Part shown: positions 48,517 through 57,660 of the stretch, piece after piece
Numbering within the stretch: the first letter of the stretch is position 1
Layout: every line of letters starts with the position of its first letter
From: Nautiliaceae bacterium
Lineage (GTDB): Bacteria; Campylobacterota; Campylobacteria; Campylobacterales; Nautiliaceae
Direction: 5' to 3'
DNA length: 64,000 bases
Assembly: GCA_039831155.1 (NCBI GenBank)
Contig: JBDONT010000043.1
Span: 160,001-224,000 of the forward strand
Program-made: the position numbers and the translations under genes
The notes under the pieces: model-generated
What the model saw: the letters and a program-made list of their open reading frames with translations, nothing else
Told to the model about the DNA's origin: nothing
Databases searched by the model: none

Positions 48517-50151
48517 TCAAATCTCATAGTAAGCATTTTTCCCTTTTGCTTTTAAAACTTTATTTATCTCACTTCCACCTTTTGCAAATATTATATCTTT
48601 TGGCAAACTAAAATCATATTTTATCACTTTTTCATCAAAATTTCTTTTTATCCAATTTAACATAATAATATTACTCCCAGGATTTATATAAATACTCTCA
48701 TCCCTTATAAATTGAGAATTAAGAGCGTTTTGATGTTTTGCTGTTACTATCTCAAACTCTTTTTCTTCTCTTTCAAACCTCTCGGCTAAAAATTTAAATT
48801 TCTTATTATTTGTAAAAAAACCTTCACTATATGGAGGCTTTTTAAAAACTTTTTTTATATATAAAGAATCATTTACCCTCTCAACCTCATCTCCTAAAAT
48901 CTCATCAATATACTCACTTTCACTTCTAAGATTATCAAATCCAAACTCATCCATTAAATACTTAGTCAGTTCATATTCACTTATACCCTCACACTTCTTT
49001 ACTTCTTTATTTACCATTACATATTCATTAAAATAGCTCCCCCTTATATTCTTTTTACAATAAAAATCTTTTGTAGGAATAAAAAGAGTAGCTATTTTTG
49101 CTGTTTCATCCATATACTTACCAAAAACGATTGTAGTTTTTTCTCTTAACTTCTCCCACTCCCTTCCAACAAAACTAACAAGAGGATTTGCCCCTTGAAT
49201 AAAAACAACATCAAATTCATCTAAATTCACATCAAAAAGAGGAACTTGATTTTTATGATTAAAACTAAAAGGATTATTAAGCCCATACCCGCTACTTCCA
49301 AGAAAAGCTACTCCTCTATCACTCTTACCAAAATAATCAAGCATATAAAAAAGAGAATCAATCGCCCAGGTAGTTTTATAGCACTCCTTGCATTTTGCAA
49401 TCCCAAGTCCCGTTAGTACAACTGCTCCTTCTTTTATTATTTCAAATAGTTTCATTGAATTTTCATTACTAAGACCACATTTCTTCATTAAATATTCTTT
49501 ATTGTAAGAAAACACAAACTTTTTAAACTCTTCAAAATTATCACTTGTTTTATAACTACCATTTTCAATTACCATTTGAGAAAGCAGTATTGCCAAATAA
49601 TAATCACTATTTGGTTTTACCTGAATAAAAATGTTTGAATTTTTAGCTGTTTTTGTTTTAATTACATCAATTGTAGCAACATATTTATTTTTTATAAGAG
49701 GCAAAAGATTAGTGTTTGTAACATATGGATTTCTGCCCCAAATTAATACATTTTTAGCATTTTTTATTATCCAGGTTGGAAGTATAAGAGATTTTCCTCT
49801 TGCTTTCTTTATTCCTTTCTCACCAATTCCATCACAAGTAGAACCAACTGCAAAAGTAGCACCAAAACGTTCAAAAAAGAGTTTTGTTACATTTTGCATA
49901 ATTCCCATATTTCCAGAGCCTTTTATAAATAACACTCTTTTGGGATTAGTGTTTTTTAAGATGTAGGTCAGTTTTTTAAGAGCTTCATTTAACATAATAT
50001 TATTACCATTAAATTTAGCAGATATCTTCCGAGGAAAATTAAAATAATTATTCAATTTCCAGCAAAGATAAGGAGTTGGCTCTAAGCCTATAAATTTATT
50101 TTCTACTAATTGCAGATTACAACTATCCCAACAATCAAGAGGGCAAAACAT
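48517..50151 (-). CDS. Molybdopterin-dependent oxidoreductase-like protein (compact)
   Basis: CPLDCWDSC...CWK Fe-S motif, GSTC putative metal ligand, WGRNP, GANP, DETAKIA and LNSQF. Confidence 0.78.
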   Translation of the reverse strand: MFCPLDCWDSCNLQLVENKFIGLEPTPYLCWKLNNYFNFPRKISAKFNGNNIMLNEALKKLTYILKNTNPKRVLFIKGSGNMGIMQNVTKLFFERFGATFAVGSTCDGIGEKGIKKARGKSLILPTWIIKNAKNVLIWGRNPYVTNTNLLPLIKNKYVATIDVIKTKTAKNSNIFIQVKPNSDYYLAILLSQMVIENGSYKTSDNFEEFKKFVFSYNKEYLMKKCGLSNENSMKLFEIIKEGAVVLTGLGIAKCKECYKTTWAIDSLFYMLDYFGKSDRGVAFLGSSGYGLNNPFSFNHKNQVPLFDVNLDEFDVVFIQGANPLVSFVGREWEKLREKTTIVFGKYMDETAKIATLFIPTKDFYCKKNIRGSYFNEYVMVNKEVKKCEGISEYELTKYLMDEFGFDNLRSESEYIDEILGDEVERVNDSLYIKKVFKKPPYSEGFFTNNKKFKFLAERFEREEKEFEIVTAKHQNALNSQFIRDESIYINPGSNIIMLNWIKRNFDEKVIKYDFSLPKDIIFAKGGSEINKVLKAKGKNAYYEI

Positions 50152-50191
50152 ACAATCTCCCTTAAAATATTTGGGAGATTATAACAGATTT

Positions 50192-50596
50192 TTATTTTTT
50201 ATCAACAAATTTAACTGCCACCCCTTCTACACAAGCTTTTTTTGTCCAAGGTCCAAGTCCTGGCAAAATATATAAAGCAAACCAACCCCATTGCTCTTCA
50301 CAAGTAGGAGTCAAAACTTTACCATCATCTGTATACCAAGAAACCTTAATAACTCCATCTCCACCCAATATTTTAGCTTTTTCATTTAATCTAACTAAAG
50401 CTTTATCGACTAATTGAGCACAATCCGTCCAAATAAATCCAGAAACGCAAACCTTTACTGGCCCTATCTCTTTATACTCTCTATTTCCTCCTAAATTTTG
50501 AGAATAAACATTATAATCACTATACTTTACTGTTGCAGTTTTGTATGTACATCCTGTCAATATAAGTAGTGATATTAAAAAAAACCATTTTTTCAC
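50192..50596 (-). CDS. Putative lipoprotein (YbjQ-like fold)
   Basis: GGAG plus GTG at 50596; LTGC lipobox; EKAKILGGDGVI pattern. Confidence 0.7.
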   Translation of the reverse strand: MKKWFFLISLLILTGCTYKTATVKYSDYNVYSQNLGGNREYKEIGPVKVCVSGFIWTDCAQLVDKALVRLNEKAKILGGDGVIKVSWYTDDGKVLTPTCEEQWGWFALYILPGLGPWTKKACVEGVAVKFVDKK

Positions 50597-50626
50597 AATC
50601 TCTCCTATAAAAAAATTATAGAAAAA

Positions 50627-50653
50627 ATTATACTCTCTCTCTTTGCATGTCAA
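50627..50653 (-). promoter_or_regulatory. TTGACA-N15-TATAAT promoter with (AG)5 in the spacer
   Basis: -35 at 50648-50653, -10 at 50627-50632, dinucleotide run at 50633-50642, second TATAAT at 50615-50620. Confidence 0.5.
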
Positions 50654-50718
50654 GATTAAATTAATATTAATTATTTTTTTTGCTTATTTTGATATAATAA
50701 AAACAAAAAGACTTTTTG

Positions 50719-50994
50719 ATGAGATTATCAAAAAAAGAAGTTGAATTTATTAAAAACACTATAAAAAACATATTAAAGACGCAAAGATTTATCTCTTTGG
50801 CAGTATTTTAAAAGATGAAATAAAAGGTGGAGACCGTTGATATTTACATCATTACCTCACAAAAGATAGATTTCTCTACAAAAGCTTTAATTAAATTTAA
50901 ACTTCAAAACTATCTCTATCGTGTAAATTTAGTATTTCATAAAGACTTCAATTTAGATATAGAAAAAGAAGTAAAAAAAGGAATTAAGATTTAA
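50719..50994 (+). pseudogene. Minimal nucleotidyltransferase (MNT antitoxin-like) pseudogene
   Basis: Manual translation MRLSKKEVEFIKNTIK / HIKDAKIYLFGS...KGGD / VDIY...KKGIKI*, with a -1 shift in the A6 run at 50763-50768 and a +1 shift after GGD; TGATATAAT at 50690-50698. Confidence 0.82.
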
Positions 50995-51817
50995 TCTTAA
51001 CTACCCCGTTTTCTTGAATAATTTTTTCTTCTTTAATAAGTTCGTTAATAGCTGATTTAAATGCTTTTTTACTTACTTTGAAATATTTTTTAATTTCATC
51101 GGGAGATGATTTCGTAGTTATATTAATTTTCCCCCACTCTTTAATTGTTTTATAAACTTTTTCTTTAACATCATCACGAGAGCCGACTTTTTGTAAGCTC
51201 AAATCAAGTTTTCCATCACTTCTTACATTTTTAATATACGCTTTTTTAATATCCCCTACTTTTATATTCTCAAAAATTTCATTATCAAAAAGCATTCCCT
51301 CATACATATTATCAACAATACATTTATATCCAAGAGGAGTTTTTGCAATTATAAGAACTTTTACTTCATCGTTTATTTCATAGTTTTTAGCTTTTTTAAG
51401 ATTACGCGATAGTTTTGCATCCAAAAGAAGCCTATCGCTTTTTTCATCATAAACGATTTTACCAATAACTTTATCACCGATTTTTAGGTTTTTGTTTGTA
51501 TTTCCAAAAGGCAAAAACAAGTCTTTTTCCATTCCAAAATCAACAAAATATCCAAAATCGGTCTTTCCTATTACCTCAAAAATTCCAAACTCTCCATATT
51601 CATATTTTGGCTTTTTAGTAGTTGCTACATATCTATCTTCCGAATCATTTACAATAAAAACTTCTATCTCATCCCCAATTTTCATATTATCTTCTACATA
51701 CCTATTCGGAAGTAAAACCATATCCCCATCAAGAGCCTCAAGATATAATCCTTGAGGAGTTTTTTTTGATATTTTTAATCTATTTAAAGAACCAAGCTTT
51801 AAATACTCTTCAATCAT
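50984..51817 (-). CDS. CvfB family S1-domain RNA-binding protein
   Basis: VLLPNRY, DSEDRYVAT, EKDLFLP, DGKLDLSL and winged-helix SKKAFK. Confidence 0.88.
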   Translation of the reverse strand: MIEEYLKLGSLNRLKISKKTPQGLYLEALDGDMVLLPNRYVEDNMKIGDEIEVFIVNDSEDRYVATTKKPKYEYGEFGIFEVIGKTDFGYFVDFGMEKDLFLPFGNTNKNLKIGDKVIGKIVYDEKSDRLLLDAKLSRNLKKAKNYEINDEVKVLIIAKTPLGYKCIVDNMYEGMLFDNEIFENIKVGDIKKAYIKNVRSDGKLDLSLQKVGSRDDVKEKVYKTIKEWGKINITTKSSPDEIKKYFKVSKKAFKSAINELIKEEKIIQENGVVKIKS

Positions 51818-52908
51818 ACATTAAACCTAAAATGCATAATATCTCCATCTTGCACTACATAATCTTTACCTTCAAGCCTCATCTTACCAGCCTCTTTTGC
51901 ACCCTGTTCTCCTCCATACTTGATAAAATCATCATAACTTATCACCTCAGCTCTAATAAACCCTTTTTCAAAATCTGTATGAATAACCCCGGCAGCCTGA
52001 GGAGCCTTTGTGCCTTTTTTAATAGTCCAGCTTCTAACTTCAATTTTTCCAGCAGTAAAATAGCTTATTAAATCAAGCTTTTCATACGCTTTTTTAATAA
52101 TTTGGTCTAGTCCACTCTCACTTGCCCCCATACTCTCTAAAAACTCTTTTCTCTCTTCATCACTCATATCTACCATCTCTTCTTCAATCTTAGCACATAG
52201 CTTAATTACTTCTCTTCCGTGTTTTTTTGCATACTCTTTTAAGGCTTTTACATACTCATTATCTTCAGCCAATCCCTCTTCATCAACATTTGCCCCATAA
52301 AAAATCTCTTTATTCGTAAGAAAATTAAGCTCTCTTTCAAGCACTTTAAAAGTTTCTTCATCCTTTTTTGGAAAAGTTCTAACAGGATTTCCATCAGCCA
52401 GCCACTCCATAAGCTCATTTGCAAGTTCAAGCTGAGCTTTTGCTTCTTTAGAGCCTTTTGCTTGTTTAGTTAGTTTTGCAATTCTTTTTTCAAGAGTTTG
52501 CATATCTGCATATAAAAGTTCTTGCTCAATTATCTCAACATCTCTTATCGGGTCAACACTATTTTCAACGTGAATAACATTTGGGTCATCAAAACATCTT
52601 ACCATATGTAAAATTATATCCGTCTCTCTAATATTTGCCAAAAACTGATTTCCAAGCCCTTCACCTTTACTTGCACCTTTTACAAGCCCTGCAATATCAA
52701 CAAACTCAATTGTTGAGTATTGAATTCTCTCAGGATTTACAATCTTAGCAAGCTCCTCTATTCTCTCATCCGGAACCGGTACAACCGCTTTATTGGGCTC
52801 AATCGTACAAAACGGAAAGTTTGCAGCCTCTGCATTTTGAGTTTTAGTTAAAGCGTTAAATGTAGTAGATTTTCCAACATTTGGAAGTCCGACAATACCA
52901 ACTTTCAT
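51814..52908 (-). CDS. ychF: Redox-regulated ATPase YchF
   Basis: GLPNVGKST, FCTIEPN, DIAGLV and TGS domain GVIHTDFEKGFI. Confidence 0.97.
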   Translation of the reverse strand: MKVGIVGLPNVGKSTTFNALTKTQNAEAANFPFCTIEPNKAVVPVPDERIEELAKIVNPERIQYSTIEFVDIAGLVKGASKGEGLGNQFLANIRETDIILHMVRCFDDPNVIHVENSVDPIRDVEIIEQELLYADMQTLEKRIAKLTKQAKGSKEAKAQLELANELMEWLADGNPVRTFPKKDEETFKVLERELNFLTNKEIFYGANVDEEGLAEDNEYVKALKEYAKKHGREVIKLCAKIEEEMVDMSDEERKEFLESMGASESGLDQIIKKAYEKLDLISYFTAGKIEVRSWTIKKGTKAPQAAGVIHTDFEKGFIRAEVISYDDFIKYGGEQGAKEAGKMRLEGKDYVVQDGDIMHFRFNV

Positions 52909-53124
52909 TTTATTTTTCTCCTTATTTTCGGGATTTTCTCAATTTTGGTTACAAGTTTGTGGTTGCAATTTAAACGAAAAAACTACGAAACATAACCAAA
53001 AAAGAGAATTCGTTATTTTATATACAATATAAATTATGTGGAATTATACCTTAAAACTATTAGTTTTTATTTTTACAACCGGAGTAATAAAAATTTTATA
53101 CTAAAAACAACTTCGATAAACTTC

Positions 53125-53994
53125 TTATTTGAATTTATCCATATAACCAAATATCAATAACGGTTTAATCTTAAATTGCAATGATGTAGGGTCCGGTGTA
53201 CCTCCTTTTCTTTGCATTACTATACCATTACTAAGCTGTAGACTTGCTTTCCTTTTTTTAGTTAATTTCACGTCTCCTATTTGAAAGCAATCCAAAGCCG
53301 TATTAATATTTGTTAAAACCCATTTCGTTTCATTTTTATCCGGGTCGTATCTTACCACCATTAACCATTCTGCAGCTAAAGCTCCTCGCCCTTTTATAAT
53401 ATCAAGTAAAATTTGAAACTTTTTTTCGCTAAAAAATTTAATTATTTTTTCTAAATATTTTGGCTTTAAATAATTTAGATAAATTCTTCTACAATCTTCA
53501 AGTTCTTCCGCTGTCATCCCACAATATTTACATAGTAAGTCAGGGTGTTTTACCGGTTCTATTTCTCCGGTAAATAATTTTAATATCGTCGCAATTTCGT
53601 CATCAAACTTCCATATTTTTTGATACCTGTCTACTTTTCTCTTGTCTACTTGATTATAATTTGCATTTTTATTTGCTTTCTTAACAGAAATATTTTCTCT
53701 TTTTATAACCCCATTACTTAAAATAACCGTAATTTGAACCTGTAAGTCTGCTTTTTTAAATTGCAAATCTTCATCGTTTTCCAATCCGAGACTTCTTGCA
53801 AATTCTTTGTTTATTTGTGGTGGAATCCCAATTGCCCTTACCTCTTTAATATCTTCTAATCTACAACCGAGTATTTTTAACCAAACCTGTGCTTCTTTAT
53901 CGTTTTTCCAATTATTAAATTTCTCAACCACTTTGTCTTCAGATGCGAAACCTCCTTTTGCCGTTGAAGAACCAAATTCAAAATCATACGCCAT
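53125..53994 (-). CDS. Type II restriction endonuclease, HinP1I/MspI-like
   Basis: GSSTAKGGF..E...FNNWK...AQVWL, NQVDK, FTGE, DIIKGRGALAAEW and MQRKGG...LQFKI match the HinP1I family pattern. Confidence 0.82.
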   Translation of the reverse strand: MAYDFEFGSSTAKGGFASEDKVVEKFNNWKNDKEAQVWLKILGCRLEDIKEVRAIGIPPQINKEFARSLGLENDEDLQFKKADLQVQITVILSNGVIKRENISVKKANKNANYNQVDKRKVDRYQKIWKFDDEIATILKLFTGEIEPVKHPDLLCKYCGMTAEELEDCRRIYLNYLKPKYLEKIIKFFSEKKFQILLDIIKGRGALAAEWLMVVRYDPDKNETKWVLTNINTALDCFQIGDVKLTKKRKASLQLSNGIVMQRKGGTPDPTSLQFKIKPLLIFGYMDKFK

Positions 53995-54024
53995 TTTAAA
54001 ACTCCTTATAAAACATCAAATAAA

Positions 54025-54048
54025 ACCGATTGTTCTACCGATTGTTCT
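54025..54048. repeat. 12-bp tandem repeat ACCGATTGTTCT x2 between the M and R genes
   Basis: Exact copies at 54025-54036 and 54037-54048, followed by short TCTA repeats. Confidence 0.85.
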
Positions 54049-54060
54049 ATCTATCTATTT

Positions 54061-55023
54061 TTATTTAAAAATATTTTTAAATATAGGATTTATTACGGCT
54101 TTAACAACGTTTACAGGAACGCTGTTTCCAAATAAAGAAATAGCTTTATTATAAGACACATCTTTTATTTCATAAGAATCAGGAAACCCGAAAAGCTTTT
54201 TAACTTCGTTTACGGTTAATTTTCGGATTCCTTCCGGAGTTTTATAAGCCCCTGTTTTTGAAAACACTCCCCCTGTACTATGGGAAATAGTTACCGAAGT
54301 TCCTTTAATACTATAAATTCTCTCTCCTTGTCTTCCTTTTTTAACTTTAGCTATTTGATAAGGTCCGTGGATTCTTTTGTCGGTTTCTTCTTTTATTATT
54401 TCATAATCTCCATCATAAAATAAAGTTGCGTCAACTTCTTTTTCAATAATATCTTCAAGAACAACTACATTGCAATTCTTTTTTGCGTCTTCTTTTAATT
54501 TTTTAAAATCGTAAGTAAAATCATAATCTTTATGAATAGCGACTATAAAAACTCTTTCTCTACTTTGTGCTAAATTAAAAAATTTAGAATTTAAAATATC
54601 CGCATAAACATTATAGTCAAGTTCTTCAAGTAATCTTTTTACCGTGATAAAAGTATTTCCACTATCATGAGTTAAAAAATTTCTAACATTCTCCAACACC
54701 AACACCGGAGGTCTTTTAACTTCTACAATATCCCTAATATAAAAAAATAAATTTCCGTTTTTTTCGTCTTCAAAACCTTTCCTCTTTCCCGCTACGCTAA
54801 AAGGCTGACAAGGAAATCCGGCAAACAAAATATCAAAATCAGGAATATCTTCTGGGTTGATTTTTGTTATATCGGGATAAGGCTCATCTTTAAAATTATC
54901 TTTGTATACCTTTTTGGCGTTTTTTTCTATTTCACAACTAAAAACGCAGTCTCCTCCTAATTCTTCAGCAGCAATTCTAAATCCTCCGATTCCGGCAAAC
55001 AAATCAACAAACTTAACACTCAT
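54061..55023 (-). CDS. DNA (cytosine-5)-methyltransferase, M.HhaI-like
   Basis: DLFAGIGG, GFPCQPFS, ENV, QSRER and GNSV motifs; TRD QGERIYS..G...T...GGVFSKTGAY resembles M.HhaI. Confidence 0.92.
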   Translation of the reverse strand: MSVKFVDLFAGIGGFRIAAEELGGDCVFSCEIEKNAKKVYKDNFKDEPYPDITKINPEDIPDFDILFAGFPCQPFSVAGKRKGFEDEKNGNLFFYIRDIVEVKRPPVLVLENVRNFLTHDSGNTFITVKRLLEELDYNVYADILNSKFFNLAQSRERVFIVAIHKDYDFTYDFKKLKEDAKKNCNVVVLEDIIEKEVDATLFYDGDYEIIKEETDKRIHGPYQIAKVKKGRQGERIYSIKGTSVTISHSTGGVFSKTGAYKTPEGIRKLTVNEVKKLFGFPDSYEIKDVSYNKAISLFGNSVPVNVVKAVINPIFKNIFK

Positions 55024-55043
55024 AAAAAAACTTAAAAAAAGAG

Positions 55044-56411
55044 TTACCCTTGAAGAAGAGAAACTATCGTATCAACTCCAAATCCACTAGCTCCATAAGG
55101 GTTATAGCCCCACTCTTTTTCCACAAACGCCGGCCCGGCTATATCAAAATGAGTCCATTTATCCAAATTCTCTTCTTCTATAAAGTTACTAAGGAAAAGT
55201 CCGGCAGTCAACGCTCCTCCATATCTGCTTGAAGCAATGTTACAAATATCTGCTACATTACTTTTTAAAAGTTTTGGTAAGTATTTATTAAATGGAAGAT
55301 ATGCAAAGTTTTCACCTCTTTTCTCTCCTACTTCAATAGCTCTATTTATCGTATTTTTATTGTATCCCATAACACCTGCCGTATATTCTCCAAGCCCAAC
55401 TACACAAGCTCCCGTTAAAGTTGCAAAATCCATTATATAATCAAAATCTTTTATATTCTCTTGAGCGTAACATAAAGAGTCTGCCAAAACAAGTCTACCT
55501 TCAGCATCTGTATTTCTCACTTCAATTGTTTTTCCGTTTTTTACTTTTAGTACGTCATCCGGCTTATAAGCGTTACCTCCTATCATATTCTCAGCCGCAC
55601 CTAATATTGCGTGAACCTCAACATCAAGTTTTAGTTCGCTTATAGCTTTTATAATTCCAAGTACCGTTACGGCTCCTGATTTATCACTTTTCATAGTTAC
55701 CATAAAGTCACTTGGTTTTAAACTAAGTCCTCCACTATCATATGTAAGACCTTTACCTACAAGCACCACTTTTTTCTTAGCGTTTTTCGGTTTATAAGCT
55801 AGATGAATAAGTCTTGGAGGATTGGCACTCGCTTTTCCTACTGCATAAAACGCCCCGTATCCGTTTTCTCTTAGCCACTCTTCATTATAAACTTTACATT
55901 CAAGCTTATTCTCTTTTGCAATTTCTTCAGCAATTGCCGCAAGTTTTGCAGGTGTGATTTCATCCGGCATTGAATTTATTATATCTCTTACGAAATTTAT
56001 TGCATTTGCTCTAATTTTAGCTTCTTTTATAATTTCGTCAAAATCTCTTTTTGAGTTAATAGCAATAGTTTTAATAGGATGTTTCGCTTTTTCACTTTTA
56101 TATTTGTCAAACTCATAATCCCCTAATATAAACCCTTCAAAAAAACTTAAAAGCAAATCTTTATCTTTTGTATTAGGTGGAGTAATTTCGACACTTTCGA
56201 ACTTATATTTTTTAAGTGCTTTAATAATCGTAGCAGTTGCCGTTTTTAAATTTTCGCTGTTTATTTCATCAATTCCCACATAAACTCTTTTCTTCTCCGG
56301 TAATACCAAAACTTCTCTATCTTTTCCACTAAATCCGTATTCTTCGAATTTTTTAGCCCCGTTTACAATAATTTCTGCTTTAACTTGACCTTTACATTTA
56401 ATAAACTTCAT
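55044..56411 (-). CDS. pepA: Leucyl aminopeptidase (M17)
   Basis: VGKGLTYDSGG, MKSD, NTDAEGRL and ATLTGA motifs. Confidence 0.96.
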   Translation of the reverse strand: MKFIKCKGQVKAEIIVNGAKKFEEYGFSGKDREVLVLPEKKRVYVGIDEINSENLKTATATIIKALKKYKFESVEITPPNTKDKDLLLSFFEGFILGDYEFDKYKSEKAKHPIKTIAINSKRDFDEIIKEAKIRANAINFVRDIINSMPDEITPAKLAAIAEEIAKENKLECKVYNEEWLRENGYGAFYAVGKASANPPRLIHLAYKPKNAKKKVVLVGKGLTYDSGGLSLKPSDFMVTMKSDKSGAVTVLGIIKAISELKLDVEVHAILGAAENMIGGNAYKPDDVLKVKNGKTIEVRNTDAEGRLVLADSLCYAQENIKDFDYIMDFATLTGACVVGLGEYTAGVMGYNKNTINRAIEVGEKRGENFAYLPFNKYLPKLLKSNVADICNIASSRYGGALTAGLFLSNFIEEENLDKWTHFDIAGPAFVEKEWGYNPYGASGFGVDTIVSLLQG

Positions 56412-56420
56412 AAATCCTCC

Positions 56421-57059
56421 TTAACTTTCTTCTTTTTTATTTATATACCACAAAACACCCCACAAAAACAACACAAACAAAATCCCCACATACCAATGGG
56501 CTTTTAACCATTTTAAAATATTTAACAACTCTTCTCCGAAATAATAAGCCGGAATTATAGTAACGGATGCCCAAATAAAAGCAGAAATTAAATTTATCAA
56601 AGCATATTTTCTAGGGTCATATCCACTAACACCTATAGCCATCGGAATAATAGTTCTCATTCCGTAAATAAATCTTTGAATAAATATAACCCATCCCCCG
56701 TATTTTCTAAGAAGAAGTCTTGCTTTTGCAAACTTACGCCTATGGGCGTCAAGTTCTTTTAAAAGCCACGTTTTATTAATTCTACCTAAATAAAAATATA
56801 TCTGATCTCCGATAAAGCCTCCAAGAGCAGCCACCAAAATGGCAAGCCACAAATTCATATCTCCGGTATGAGACAAAATCCCGGCCATTATAAGGCCGGT
56901 TTCCCCCTCAAAAATAGACCAGACAAATAAAATTATATATCCGTACTCTTTTAAAAGATTAACTAAATTATCTTCGTTAAAAAATTCTTTAAACGAGCTA
57001 AAATCAAACCAGTACAAAAAACTTACAAATAAAACTGCTAATATTACCCACTTTTTCAT
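56421..57059 (-). CDS. DedA family membrane protein
   Basis: EGETG, GDQIYFYLGR and RFIYGMR motifs. Confidence 0.9.
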   Translation of the reverse strand: MKKWVILAVLFVSFLYWFDFSSFKEFFNEDNLVNLLKEYGYIILFVWSIFEGETGLIMAGILSHTGDMNLWLAILVAALGGFIGDQIYFYLGRINKTWLLKELDAHRRKFAKARLLLRKYGGWVIFIQRFIYGMRTIIPMAIGVSGYDPRKYALINLISAFIWASVTIIPAYYFGEELLNILKWLKAHWYVGILFVLFLWGVLWYINKKEES

Positions 57060-57068
57060 ATCTACTCT

Positions 57069-57650
57069 TTAAAATTCAAATTTTGAACCTATTTTTATCA
57101 TAAACGAATCAAAATCCCAATTGGCGTTTTCACTAACACTTTTACTTACAGAGTCTTTTACCGAGTGCATTTCATAACCAAAAGATATATCATAACTAAC
57201 TTTAGGATAATTAACCAAATACATACTCTCTCCTACAAAAGCTCCCAAATAAAGACCCTCTTTAGATTCATCGTATTTACCACTCCCTAGAGAATTCATT
57301 TTATCATACCCTAAACATAAATCAACAAAAAAGTCCATCTTAGCAACTTTATAAACTTTAGAAGCAAAAACTCCCAAATAACCGGCACCAAAAACATTAT
57401 AATTATGAATATCCATATTTTCAGTTTTGGGATTTATTTGACCCCTTTGGTAAAATATATAATATTTTCCGTTTTGAATATAAATTTTAGCTCCATAACT
57501 AGCTATATCGTTCGAATCCTCAAAAGGACTTGTTTCATAAGAAGAGTCTTTAATTTTAACATCACCTTTTATACCTCCCATTAATTGAATACCTACATAA
57601 CTCTTAGCAAATAACAAACTTCCAAAAATCAAAAAAAACAGTTTTTTCAA
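57069..57650 (-). CDS. Putative outer-membrane beta-barrel protein
   Basis: TTG start with signal peptide (KKLFFL...LFA), alternating strands and C-terminal Phe (KFEF). Confidence 0.65.
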   Translation of the reverse strand: MKKLFFLIFGSLLFAKSYVGIQLMGGIKGDVKIKDSSYETSPFEDSNDIASYGAKIYIQNGKYYIFYQRGQINPKTENMDIHNYNVFGAGYLGVFASKVYKVAKMDFFVDLCLGYDKMNSLGSGKYDESKEGLYLGAFVGESMYLVNYPKVSYDISFGYEMHSVKDSVSKSVSENANWDFDSFMIKIGSKFEF

Positions 57651-57660
57651 CTTATTCCCT

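Noticed and set aside
52909-53124. Long ychF leader with a TGGTTRCAA direct repeat as a riboswitch or ncRNA
   Set aside because: No convincing stem set or known aptamer motif; the evidence is too thin.
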